From positions 1 through 57,545 of the IMG/VR virus record IMGVR_UViG_3300010413_000035: a stretch of DNA of 57,545 nucleotides; one strand, 5' to 3'. Origin of the DNA: a virus. Taxonomy: Duplodnaviria; Caudoviricetes. The notes under the pieces are model-generated. The model searched no databases. It saw only the letters and a program-made list of their open reading frames with translations, and was not told where the DNA came from. A program made the position numbers and the translations under genes. Numbering within the stretch: position 1 is the first letter of the stretch; each line of letters begins with the position of its first letter. Of the stretch, positions 38,985 to 48,771 are shown one piece after another.

Positions 38985-39500
38985 TTATAATTTAAATTCT
39001 TTTTTTATAAATGGATAAAATAACTTTAGACCTTGCCCTTCTGGTATCATATCACAAATTAAGTGACCAATAAAACCCAGAATAGTTCCCAACATAAAAA
39101 AGTTATGAAATTTAAAATTATATAATAAAATTAATATTAATAACCCTAACCATCCATGCATCAAGACTCCCCGATGTTTAAATATATTGTATGTCAACTC
39201 ACTTAAAGAAAGACATTTTTGATTCTTCTTTAAGGGTTTTAAGACATTGATCCAATTTTTCGCTATCCATTGTATTAATTTATATCCTTTTCTAAGGTAT
39301 GGAAAATTATAATTAAAATATGATTGTTCAGCATCTATATCGGGAACAAAACTCCCCAACATAACTCCAGCACTTAATAATAAAGATTCTGGAATATTTA
39401 AACTTGTTGGATATCCAAATATTTTATTTTCTAATGTAATAGTTGTTACTGTAACTCCTATTACAACAAGTCCCCCTCTAAAGTGTCCAGTTTTATTCAT
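38985..39500 (-). CDS. YdjM-family membrane metal-dependent hydrolase
   Basis: GH, GS..PDID, HRG..H, GH...D, G..L.YP; several TM helices. Confidence 0.8.
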   Translation of the reverse strand: MNKTGHFRGGLVVIGVTVTTITLENKIFGYPTSLNIPESLLLSAGVMLGSFVPDIDAEQSYFNYNFPYLRKGYKLIQWIAKNWINVLKPLKKNQKCLSLSELTYNIFKHRGVLMHGWLGLLILILLYNFKFHNFFMLGTILGFIGHLICDMIPEGQGLKLFYPFIKKEFKL

Positions 39501-39535
39501 TTTTTATCATTCCTTTTCTTATTTACTAGACTAAT

Positions 39536-39602
39536 ATTATATAATAAATTGTGTTGCAATGTCAATAATTTGGTTGACAGTGTCGCACTTTTATTATATA
39601 AT
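39536..39602. promoter_or_regulatory. Divergent promoters with degenerate TGTNGCAC boxes
   Basis: Plus strand TTGACA-GTGTCGCAC...-TATAAT (17 bp); minus strand TTGACA-18 bp-TATAAT. Confidence 0.75.
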
Positions 39603-39639
39603 AATATTACATTAATAAAGAAAGTGAGGATAATAAATA

Positions 39640-39852
39640 ATGAATTTAAGTATAAGTGATTATTTATTAATTGCTATAACACATTTTTTAATTATTAACC
39701 ATTGTATAAATGGATTTAAAAATATAATAAAATTTGCAAAAGAAGATATAAAAGAAATTAGTGTTAAATGGATAATTTTTATTTTGGATATCGGTTATGA
39801 TGTAGCTTTTATATTATTAATGGGTTTAATATTAAGAATAAAATATTTATAA
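39640..39852 (+). CDS. Small two-TM membrane protein
   Basis: Two hydrophobic stretches; AAAGTGAGG RBS. Confidence 0.65.
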   Translation: MNLSISDYLLIAITHFLIINHCINGFKNIIKFAKEDIKEISVKWIIFILDIGYDVAFILLMGLILRIKYL

Positions 39853-39874
39853 AAAAAAGTGAGGTCTTTGAAAA

Positions 39875-40267
39875 TTGAAAAAATATATTATTGGAATAGT
39901 TTTAATCTGGATTATAATTTTATCGGGATGTAATGAAGTAGAATCAACTGCAGAAGTTGTAAAACAAAATACAACTAAAAGCGAATTGGAAGAAATTAAT
40001 TTGCAAATTGAAAATCAAAAAAGTTCTTATGATGAAGAAATGGAAGAAACAATAATTACTGGAGAAATTAAAAATGATTATTCCCAAGAATTGGAATATA
40101 TTGAACTTGAAATAACTTATTATGATGTTAACGGAAATCAAATTTTTTCAGATTTTACCAATACTTGTAATTTAGAATCTGGCAAGACTTGGAAATTTCA
40201 ATTGAGTTATTGGGAAGATTTTGACTCTTATAAGTTAAAAATTGGTGATATGTTTTTAAGTGAATAA
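39875..40267 (+). CDS. FxLYD-type lipoprotein
   Basis: Lipobox LSGC; ITGEIKN, ITYYD.NG, NLESG.TWKF. Confidence 0.8.
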   Translation: MKKYIIGIVLIWIIILSGCNEVESTAEVVKQNTTKSELEEINLQIENQKSSYDEEMEETIITGEIKNDYSQELEYIELEITYYDVNGNQIFSDFTNTCNLESGKTWKFQLSYWEDFDSYKLKIGDMFLSE

Positions 40268-40462
40268 TCAAAAAAATATTTAATTTTGACCAAAATATAT
40301 CATTAGTTTGTAGCTAATTGAAATTATTAAAACAATACTTTGTAAAATAATTAAATTCTAAAAGGCAGTAAAATAGGCACTTTTTTTTAACACTTGTTAT
40401 ATATCGGTGGGGGAGGGGAGTGTCTTTTACCTAAAATTTACCAAAATGAAAGGATAATAATT

Positions 40463-40663
40463 ATGAATGAAAATACAAAAATACCTTTATTTTTTCCAGA
40501 AGAAACTCCCAATGTTTTTATAATTTTTGGACTGGTAAAAAAATCAAAAGAATTACCTGAAGATAAAAAAGAAAATTTAATTGAAAGAATGAAACAAGCA
40601 AAAAATTATGATGAAGTTTTAAAAATTGTAAAAGAAGAATTTTTTATAATAATATTAAAATAA
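40463..40663 (+). CDS. Hypothetical protein
   Basis: GAAAGGA RBS before ATG 40463. Confidence 0.65.
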   Translation: MNENTKIPLFFPEETPNVFIIFGLVKKSKELPEDKKENLIERMKQAKNYDEVLKIVKEEFFIIILK

Positions 40664-40684
40664 TGTAAAGGGGAAATTTTTAAA

Positions 40685-40996
40685 ATGACAAAATCAAAAA
40701 ATAACGAGTGGGCAATTAATGAAACTTTAGAAAATGAAATATATATAAAATTTTTTAATATGGATATGAATACTGTTGAATATGTTAAATATTACTTACT
40801 AAAAACATTAAAATTGATTCCAATTAAAACCGAGGAAATTGACTTTATTAATAATTATCAATGTATAATTGTAGTATATAATAAAATTAATGATAAAAAT
40901 CAATTTCTTGATATTGATAAAATTACAAAAAAATTAAGTGGCTTGTATGGAATGGAACAGGTCTCTTATAATAAATATAATAAGTATGAAATTTAA
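40685..40996 (+). CDS. Hypothetical protein
   Basis: AAAGGGG RBS. Confidence 0.65.
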   Translation: MTKSKNNEWAINETLENEIYIKFFNMDMNTVEYVKYYLLKTLKLIPIKTEEIDFINNYQCIIVVYNKINDKNQFLDIDKITKKLSGLYGMEQVSYNKYNKYEI

Positions 40997-41021
40997 AAAA
41001 CTTGATTAAAGGAGCGATATT

Positions 41022-41351
41022 ATGTCAAATATAAATATATGTCGGCGAAATAATACAAGAAACAGAAGAAAAGTCCCACAGGCGATTGATATTCAAGACT
41101 GGAATTATGAATATAATAAAAAGCTTGTGGCACTTCAATTATTAAAAAGTAAAGATATTAAAAAATTAACTAATAGTCAAATATATATTATACATAAAAT
41201 CGTTGAAAAACCAAGTAATTTTTATCTTGATAGGGTTGATTATTATTTGAAACATAAAACCCTTGATTTGAAATTTGCGTTTTGGTTTTTGATGGGAATG
41301 TTATATAATTCTAATGAATATATATTATATAATAAATTGGATAACTTATAA
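41022..41351 (+). CDS. Hypothetical protein
   Basis: AAAGGAG RBS; hairpin terminator follows. Confidence 0.65.
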   Translation: MSNINICRRNNTRNRRKVPQAIDIQDWNYEYNKKLVALQLLKSKDIKKLTNSQIYIIHKIVEKPSNFYLDRVDYYLKHKTLDLKFAFWFLMGMLYNSNEYILYNKLDNL

Positions 41352-41449
41352 AAAAAGAAACCTATATTAATTTATAGGTTTCTTTTTTTAATTATTATCA
41401 ATAATCTTATTAGGAACTCAAATTTGAAAAAATAAATTCGCAGTTCTTA

Positions 41450-43564
41450 TTATATATCAATTTTAAAATTTTGTCTTTCTAAAAATGTAGTTCTGAAATT
41501 ATCGCCAATTTTAAACCATTGCTCGACTTTCCCTTCATGTTTAATACATAAATTATTATGACATTCGATTTTAGTTTCATTGCTAAAATTTGGGATATAA
41601 ACATTCCCTTTATCATTTACAAAAATCCATCCTTTTACATCTGACCTGGTAGCATTTTTTAAATCAAAATTCTTAGTTTTAAGAATTCCACTTTTGTCAC
41701 CAACTTGCAACTCAGTCAATTTAATATCTTCTTTTAAGGGTAAATCATTTTCATTTTCTACAGCATAAGGGGTCAATCCAAAGAATTCAATATCTTTTTT
41801 GGCTATAATTTCTAAGTCTAACATTAAGGCTCTTTGATTTGTTGTTTTTGCATTATCTGGTGGGTCAATTTCTGGAACTTTTAAAAATCCTTTTTTATTA
41901 ACTGAATTTTTCAAGAAATATTTAGTCTTTTTTACTTGAGCCATAAAGTCATTTTTAGAAATGCAAACCTCATCCGATATATTAAAGTCTCTTATATATT
42001 TTGTGAACTTTGGATATATTGACTGCAGTCTCAAATATATATTATTTTTTTCTATTAAATAGTCATAGTCTTTAATTAAGAAATTATTGTCTGCCATAAT
42101 TTTAAAATATTCAAGTGAATTATCAACTATTGATTTTGATTTATGGTTTAATAATTCCTCAACTTGGTTTTTAATTATATATTTATAGGCAACTTCTAAT
42201 TTTTCGAGTTTAATTCCCATTTGATCAAATATTTTAAATAGAATTGTATAACCAAAGCAGGTGGAGTTAATATTTGTTCTTATTCTTGAAGGAATATTAA
42301 CATCCAAGTTTTTTATAATTTCATCTAAAACCAAGTCAGTCTCGCTTAAATATGATATCATTTCGTTTTTTGTTATTTTTATTACTTCTTTTACTAGAAT
42401 TATTGATAAATTCAAAAACATTTCTGGTCTGGTTTTTAAATATTTCAAACTATTTAAACGTTCTGGTGTATGGTAATTTTGGGAAAATACAGTTATATTA
42501 GTCCTTTCTAATATTGCCTTCTCATTTGGTATAGTTTCTCCAGCTAATATTATCGGAGCTAACAATTCATATAAACTCGTTGTTTGGTCTGCATGTCCTC
42601 TTTCTATAGAATGTCTATCAAAACAGCTCCTTATTGTATTTCCAATTAAATTTATTAGAAATTTCCCCAATTTACCCTCTTTGTATTCTTCAAGAATAAC
42701 GGGAACTATTGAACTCTCAGACAGTTTTTTTAGTAAAGCAAATTGTTTAATACTACCACAGAAATCAGAGGCTCTATTTGGGTAAAATGCTTTTATTATA
42801 AAATCTATAGTCTCCGATTTACCAGACCCACTCTCGCCAAATATTCCCAAATGAGGAGTTTTTAAGCCACAATATTTAAAACTTTTTTCCTTGAAGAAAA
42901 ACGCAGCAATTGTTGAAATAATTGTATATGTTAATTCTGGAGCATTAAAATTAAATAAATGTTTTGAAAATTCTTTGAAATCTTCTTTATTAATATCTGC
43001 AGTTAAATCATAATTTACATTAACCTGAATATCATCATATAAAATAAATTTATTTGTTTTTTCTATTTCTAAAGTTTCACGATTGCATCCAAAACAGCCA
43101 TTTTTATCTATATAATACATTGTATTTTCAAATTCAAATAAACCAATTTTATCAATCCCAAAACATTTTTCTATTGTTAAATTTGAAATAATACCTTTTA
43201 AATTTTCCAAATCATTGTCTGTCCCTACATATTTAAAATCAATAGAATCCTCATTAAGTCTTTCTTTAAATGCTTTTTTACTTACAAAATCTCCAGTTTT
43301 AAATATTACTTTTTTATATTTTTGTTTATTAAATAAAATTACATGATATTCTGGTTGCTTTTTCCTAGTTTCTAATTTTGTATAATGCTCTACACAATAA
43401 AGTGGGTAAATCAGAAAATTTGTTATTGGTTTATAAACAGTTTCAGTTTTTCCTTCAGATTCCTTTGATATATATATATTTTCAAAATCCTCTAAAATAT
43501 CACATTCATAATATGGAAATTCACGATTTTTTAGCCACGTTTTAATTTGATTAAGTTGCCCCAT
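41450..43564 (-). CDS. Replicative helicase/initiator (DUF927/Cch-like P-loop ATPase)
   Basis: ITNFLI.P, Walker A GESGSGKS, Walker B VILEEY, APIILAGE, A..ER; probable C-terminal winged helix. Confidence 0.75.
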   Translation of the reverse strand: MGQLNQIKTWLKNREFPYYECDILEDFENIYISKESEGKTETVYKPITNFLIYPLYCVEHYTKLETRKKQPEYHVILFNKQKYKKVIFKTGDFVSKKAFKERLNEDSIDFKYVGTDNDLENLKGIISNLTIEKCFGIDKIGLFEFENTMYYIDKNGCFGCNRETLEIEKTNKFILYDDIQVNVNYDLTADINKEDFKEFSKHLFNFNAPELTYTIISTIAAFFFKEKSFKYCGLKTPHLGIFGESGSGKSETIDFIIKAFYPNRASDFCGSIKQFALLKKLSESSIVPVILEEYKEGKLGKFLINLIGNTIRSCFDRHSIERGHADQTTSLYELLAPIILAGETIPNEKAILERTNITVFSQNYHTPERLNSLKYLKTRPEMFLNLSIILVKEVIKITKNEMISYLSETDLVLDEIIKNLDVNIPSRIRTNINSTCFGYTILFKIFDQMGIKLEKLEVAYKYIIKNQVEELLNHKSKSIVDNSLEYFKIMADNNFLIKDYDYLIEKNNIYLRLQSIYPKFTKYIRDFNISDEVCISKNDFMAQVKKTKYFLKNSVNKKGFLKVPEIDPPDNAKTTNQRALMLDLEIIAKKDIEFFGLTPYAVENENDLPLKEDIKLTELQVGDKSGILKTKNFDLKNATRSDVKGWIFVNDKGNVYIPNFSNETKIECHNNLCIKHEGKVEQWFKIGDNFRTTFLERQNFKIDI

Positions 43565-43579
43565 AATTATCTCCCCTTG

Positions 43580-43870
43580 TTAAAAATTTTTTGGCAATAG
43601 TAAACTTAAAGTATCTAAAGCTTGGACTATATCACATTTTAATGTTACTGTTTTTTCAGTATTTTTAAGTAATGTAATTAAATAAAAATATTGCACTCGA
43701 TTTATTTCATATGCTTTTAATATTTTATTTAATGAATTTTTTGTTTCTATTTCTTTTATTTCTCCTAACCTTTTAAAACCATTTTTATAAATTTCTATAG
43801 TTCTTCTTATAGTTCTATGTTCTATATCTATTTTTTTAGAAATATTGTAAGTATTTAATAAAGTATTCAA
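43580..43870 (-). CDS. Rha-family DNA-binding protein
   Basis: EHRTIRRTI..Y...F..LG, Y.IN..Q..YLITLLKNTE.TV..K. Confidence 0.7.
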   Translation of the reverse strand: MNTLLNTYNISKKIDIEHRTIRRTIEIYKNGFKRLGEIKEIETKNSLNKILKAYEINRVQYFYLITLLKNTEKTVTLKCDIVQALDTLSLLLPKNF

Positions 43871-43901
43871 TAATAACTCCCCCTTTTTTTAGTGTAATAC
43901 T

Positions 43902-43930
43902 ATTTTAACAGCATATACAAACAATTGCAA
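43902..43930 (-). promoter_or_regulatory. Promoter of the rha-helicase operon
   Basis: Minus strand TTGCAA-17 bp-TAAAAT. Confidence 0.65.
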
Positions 43931-44090
43931 CTATTTATTAAAATCTTTTTTTATTATTTTTTGTATTACACACTTACATAAAACAATATCATAAATATAT
44001 TAATTATTGTAAGTTATTAACAACAATTACAAACAATCGCAAGTCAGGCGTTAATAAAAGCTAAAAAAAGCAATCTCTTAAATGAAATTA

Positions 44091-44591
44091 GTTACTTCAA
44101 AAGGGAAAAAGAATAATTTTATTTTAAGTGATTAAAAAAGTAACAGAATTAAGTAACAAAGTAACCTTTGAAAAGTAAAAATGTTACCAAAAGTGTTACC
44201 GACTGAAAACCCTTGATATAACTAGTCTATAAGTATATATATATTATATATATAATAATATAATAATATATATATATAATATAGTAATACCAATACATAT
44301 AAGGAATATATAATATATATTGGTAACAAAGTAACACTTTAAATAATATATATATATATAATAAAAAAATATATTTCTATATGATAAAAAATTATATAAA
44401 AATATATACATATATAGATAATTTTTTTAGTGTTACTTTGTTACTTTTTCAAACATGCTTATATCAACGGGTTCAAGGTTGGAATAATATGTTATTTTTT
44501 TTAGTGTTTCCTTTGTAACATAGTGATACCAATGTTTGTAAAGGAGTAACTTTTGGGTAACACTTTTTTTTAGTGAAAAGTGTTACCGACT
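44091..44591. other. Putative replication origin: GTAAC/GTTAC iterons flanking AT-only tracts
   Basis: About 13 GTAAC/GTTAC; 16-bp IR 44323-44338/44429-44444; direct repeat AAAAGTGTTACCGACT at 44189 and 44576; near the helicase gene. Confidence 0.7.
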
Positions 44592-44829
44592 ATTTTTACA
44601 TAAAAAACATGAAAAATTCAAAAAAAAATATGATATAATATTTTTGAATTAATTGTATTGAAGAATCTATTTTAAAAAATCTATTTATTAATAACTATGA
44701 TGTTATTTCAATCAAAAAATGCTTTTAAACTTATTTAAAATTTGTGTGATAATTTATCTTTGGTATGTTTGTAAACTAAAAAATGAGCCATTTACGTGGC
44801 TCATTTTTGATATATTAGTATTGAATTAA

Positions 44830-44955
44830 TTAAAATGTATGTTCACAATCAAAACAGAGATATTTATGGGCAGTATGTAAATATATGGTGTTATTCCCAT
44901 GACAATTAGGACACTCTGGTTTACTAACAAAAAAAACTTTTTTTATAATTTTCAT
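44830..44955 (-). CDS. Zinc-ribbon microprotein (41 aa, not in ORF track)
   Basis: AAGGGG RBS; CPNC...YLCFDC. Confidence 0.7.
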   Translation of the reverse strand: MKIIKKVFFVSKPECPNCHGNNTIYLHTAHKYLCFDCEHTF

Positions 44956-45155
44956 AATTTTTTATTCCCCTTTATTTTTTTATTTTATAAATTTATTATA
45001 TTAAATTGGATATTCAAAACATGATAAAACTAGAAAAGTTTTTTTATAAAATAAAATATAATAGTTTCAACTATAAAAAGGTTTAAATAATCATTTTTCA
45101 AAACTGGGGAATAATAAAGAAATATTTCCAAAAGATGGACATAATAAAAAATATA

Positions 45156-45382
45156 TGATATATTTATTTTTGTGATGATGGTAGAATTTATTTGAAGTTT
45201 TATCTCCTTTTTGAAGGGTTTTGGATGAGGATTTGTGGCGATTGATGTTTCTTATGTTTTGAGTATTTAGCTATACAATTATAATGTTAAGAATTTTGTT
45301 TGTAAGTTTTTCATGAATAGTTTTTAATAAGTCAATTAAAAGTACGGAAAAGAAAAGTCTCTATTTTTTAAGAGACTTTTTT
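45156..45382 (+). ncRNA. Candidate small RNA
   Basis: ORF-less, T/G-biased, internal TCTCCTTTT, ends in AAAAGTCTC/GAGACTTTTTT terminator. Confidence 0.35.
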
Positions 45383-45407
45383 ACTATATAAGGGGGAAAA
45401 ATAAAAA

Positions 45408-45905
45408 ATGGTTGTTGTATATGATAGTAGAGAACAAATGAATCAACATATTGTAAATCAAATTGAAAAGCTCGGAATAAAAACAATAAAAAAGAAATTA
45501 GATACTGGTGACTATAGTATTTTAGGTTATGAAGATAAAATAACTATAGAACGTAAAAAAGACCTGGACGAATTAGCTGGTAACTTTTGTTATGATAGGG
45601 ATAGAATAAGAAAAGAATTTGAAAGGGGAAAAGAAGCTAGTCAAATAGTAATATTATTTATAGAAAATAATTCTTATGAAGATTTATTAACATATGGAGA
45701 TAATTTCAAGCCTGTTAAATTTAAAGATAAAAACGGAAAAATTAAATACAGGAAAAAGATGCATAAAAACGCTTTAAAAGGCAATTTGTATAAATGGCAA
45801 GAAAGATATAATTTTTATATAATATGGGGGAAAAAGAAAGTTCCTGGGAACTTTTTTGTAGGAACTTTTAAAAAATTTTTGGAGGATAATAAAAAAAATG
45901 AATAA
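45408..45905 (+). CDS. ERCC4-domain nuclease (probable junction resolvase)
   Basis: DSREQ, LDTGDYS, IERK..LDEL..N, RI..EFER. Confidence 0.88.
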   Translation: MVVVYDSREQMNQHIVNQIEKLGIKTIKKKLDTGDYSILGYEDKITIERKKDLDELAGNFCYDRDRIRKEFERGKEASQIVILFIENNSYEDLLTYGDNFKPVKFKDKNGKIKYRKKMHKNALKGNLYKWQERYNFYIIWGKKKVPGNFFVGTFKKFLEDNKKNE

Positions 45906-46497
45906 AAATAATAATCATTTTTTAGAAAAGGCAAATAATAATAATGAAAATATAACATTTTTGATTGATCAAACTAGAAAATATTTAGATTATATAGAAG
46001 AACATTATATAAATGTCCAGAAGGTTTGGGTCAATGTTCAAAAAATATTTAAAAAAGAAAAATTTATTTATGATGATTTTGAATATAGTATTTTATCATA
46101 TCAAATATTAATACATGATATTTCTAAATTAAGTCATGAAGAATTTATCCCATATAGAGACTATTTTTTTGTATATAAGAATAAAGAAAGTCTATTAGTA
46201 AAAAATGCAATGGAAAAAGCCTGGGAAAATCATTTAAATCAATTTGGAAGTATACATCATTATCAAACAATTCAAAAATACAATTATCATTGTGGCTGTT
46301 ACCCAAATTTAAAAGTATTACATTTAATTCATATGTGCATCGATTGGATAGCAATGGGAATTAAGTTTAAAAACTCGGCTATTGACTATTATAAAAAAGA
46401 AAAACATTTAATGAAATTTAAAGAAAAGTCAGATTATGATTTTATAGAATGGTTTTTAGAAACTTATTATGATTATAAAGAAAATAGCCTCGTATAA
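45898..46497 (+). CDS. HD-superfamily (DUF5662-like) protein
   Basis: H...V, HDISK.S.EEF.PY, AW..H...HH, M.IDW.AM. Confidence 0.7.
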   Translation: MNKNNNHFLEKANNNNENITFLIDQTRKYLDYIEEHYINVQKVWVNVQKIFKKEKFIYDDFEYSILSYQILIHDISKLSHEEFIPYRDYFFVYKNKESLLVKNAMEKAWENHLNQFGSIHHYQTIQKYNYHCGCYPNLKVLHLIHMCIDWIAMGIKFKNSAIDYYKKEKHLMKFKEKSDYDFIEWFLETYYDYKENSLV

Positions 46498-46518
46498 AAG
46501 GTAAAAAAAACGATGTAT

Positions 46519-46743
46519 TTAATTTACATCGTTTTTTTTCCAATACTCGTCTTCTTCTAAATTATATTGTTTTATAAAATCTTTTTTTTGGTTATCATCC
46601 ATATTATTATAAATTTTATATAAAGTCTTTTTTATTTCAGTTGAAATTGTAGAGCCTTGAGTCTCTAAATATTTTCCAACAACAAAATAAACCTCATTAT
46701 TAATTCTAAAGCTTTTACTGTTACATCTTTGTTTTTTAGCCAT
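46519..46743 (-). CDS. Ribbon-helix-helix-like regulator (candidate TGTAGCAC-box repressor)
   Basis: AGGAGGG RBS before ATG 46743; SKSFRIN ribbon plus two helices (GSTISTEIKK.L). Confidence 0.6.
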   Translation of the reverse strand: MAKKQRCNSKSFRINNEVYFVVGKYLETQGSTISTEIKKTLYKIYNNMDDNQKKDFIKQYNLEEDEYWKKNDVN

Positions 46744-46773
46744 TTTAAAATCCCTCCTAAATAATATATTTAA

Positions 46774-46839
46774 ATTATACAATAATAGTACTACAATGTC
46801 AATTAAATGTTTGACATTGTAGTACATTTAATATATAAT
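46774..46839. promoter_or_regulatory. Back-to-back consensus promoters forming a 15-bp perfect inverted repeat
   Basis: GTACTACAATGTCAA-8 bp-TTGACATTGTAGTAC; both TTGACA-17 bp-TATAAT. Confidence 0.9.
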
Positions 46840-46877
46840 ATAAGTAGTTATTATTTAAGTGATTGGAGTTGACTCAA

Positions 46878-47417
46878 ATGGAGAGAAATGAATATATAAA
46901 AAAAGTAGATGAAAGTTATAAAAAAGCTTTTAGCATAACAGATTATATTGAAACTAAAATTAAACAATTGGGAGAAATAGAAAGTTATTATTATGATGTT
47001 TTAAAAATTAAAAATGAATATAGAAAAATAGATAAAACTTTAAAATATTATAATGCAAATAGCACATTTAACTGTTATAAAAGACAAACAAAAAATAACA
47101 ATGATGTAGTAAAAAACTGCAGTCCGATTTTAGAAAAATTAAAATTATTAGAAATTGAGATAATTAATTCTAATTTTAGGGATGCAATTGATTTAATAGA
47201 AAAAATAGAAATGAAATTAAAAGGCAAAAAAAGAAAACCAAAATATAAATATATAGTTCTATATTACAATAATCAAAATTTTTATGAAAAGCTCCAAAGA
47301 TGCAATAAAAAAACTAAAAATATAGAATCAATTAAAAAAAGTAATGATGCAGTAATTAAAAAATGTATGGAAATTTTAGATTTGATAAAAAATGTTGAGG
47401 GGGATTCAAATGCCTAA
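46878..47417 (+). CDS. Hypothetical helical protein
   Basis: GGAG RBS before ATG 46878. Confidence 0.65.
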   Translation: MERNEYIKKVDESYKKAFSITDYIETKIKQLGEIESYYYDVLKIKNEYRKIDKTLKYYNANSTFNCYKRQTKNNNDVVKNCSPILEKLKLLEIEIINSNFRDAIDLIEKIEMKLKGKKRKPKYKYIVLYYNNQNFYEKLQRCNKKTKNIESIKKSNDAVIKKCMEILDLIKNVEGDSNA

Positions 47418-47733
47418 ATATATTATAGAACTTGAGTCTGATGAAGAACTCGAAATTTTAAAATTAAAACTTTTATATAATAGAATGGTTTCAAGTTATA
47501 AAAGAGCTAATTCTGATAAATTCAATATTGAATATAGTAACAAAATAGAATCTGATAGAAAATTAATACAAGAAAAATATAATAAATTATTGATTAACAT
47601 GGAAGAAACATATAATTATATAGTTAAAAAAAGTTTTTCCGAGGAGCCAGATGATAACCAATACTTGGAAGAGGGTTTTCCAATATTACTAAATGATTTT
47701 AAGTTGAAGGAGATAAAAAATGGAAATGATTAA
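47410..47733 (+). CDS. Hypothetical protein
   Basis: GAGGGGG RBS. Confidence 0.65.
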   Translation: MPKYIIELESDEELEILKLKLLYNRMVSSYKRANSDKFNIEYSNKIESDRKLIQEKYNKLLINMEETYNYIVKKSFSEEPDDNQYLEEGFPILLNDFKLKEIKNGND

Positions 47734-47995
47734 TAGAAGAAAATATAACTATAAAGATTTAAAAACACATTATGTTTTTAAAATTAAGGGGTTAGCATTA
47801 ACTGAATTTACAAGTCTTACAGACTATATACAAAAATTACATAATATAAAAATTACTAAAATGTTTTTCGTAAATGATTACGGAATTTTCCATTTGCAAA
47901 GTGGGTACAGTTATTCAATAGTATTAATAATTATTGAAATATTAGAAAGTGCAGATTTTGAGCATAATAAAGAAATTCAAATTAATAATATATAG
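47720..47995 (+). CDS. Hypothetical protein
   Basis: AAGGAG RBS. Confidence 0.65.
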   Translation: MEMINRRKYNYKDLKTHYVFKIKGLALTEFTSLTDYIQKLHNIKITKMFFVNDYGIFHLQSGYSYSIVLIIIEILESADFEHNKEIQINNI

Positions 47996-48041
47996 AAGTT
48001 GAGCCAGTTCTCAGCTTCCTTTTAAGAGAGGGGAATAAAAA

Positions 48042-48548
48042 ATGTTTTTAACAATATCGTTGTATAGAACAAATAAAAAAGTAAACAACATCGAGGATAC
48101 AATAGTAAAAAAAACTATAGAAAATTATTTCGAGGGAGATGATTTAACTTGGTTTGAAAATAGAATTACAAATGTTGGATATTACAAATATGATTTTATA
48201 GAAATACAAGACGTGTATAAAGTAGAATATACAATTTTAAAAGACATAATTGAAACAATAGAAAAAGAAACCAGTTATAAATTGCTTGAAATTAAAGTAT
48301 ATGAGGATGAAATGGACTATTTTGCCGACCAAGAGGACTCCGTTCTTGAATTGGACTCTTTAATTGAAATTTGCAAAAAAGAACATGAAAAACAATTAGA
48401 TAATAGGCTTGATAAAATATTAAATGCAATAACTATTGCAAAAAGTAATTTAGAATTAAGTGGGTTAGAAGAGGATAAAAGTCATTTAGAAACGTTGTAT
48501 AAAACCTTAGAAAATCATTATCGAGAAATATTAAAAGATACCAAATAA
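48042..48548 (+). CDS. Hypothetical protein
   Basis: GAGGGG RBS. Confidence 0.65.
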   Translation: MFLTISLYRTNKKVNNIEDTIVKKTIENYFEGDDLTWFENRITNVGYYKYDFIEIQDVYKVEYTILKDIIETIEKETSYKLLEIKVYEDEMDYFADQEDSVLELDSLIEICKKEHEKQLDNRLDKILNAITIAKSNLELSGLEEDKSHLETLYKTLENHYREILKDTK

Positions 48549-48771
48549 ACCAGATGGGGGTATTTAAAAAATGTTTAACATATTTTGTAATTTAATGGTG
48601 ATATTCTTGTCACCATTTCCAAAAAAAATAGTTGGTGAAATTATAGTATTTTATGAAAAGCCAATTAAAAGACCTGAAGGAAAATATTATATAAATTAGA
48701 AAGGATAAAAAAATGATAAATGCTTATGAATATATAAAAAAAATTTATAATAAACATTGGGAGGAGCTTAA

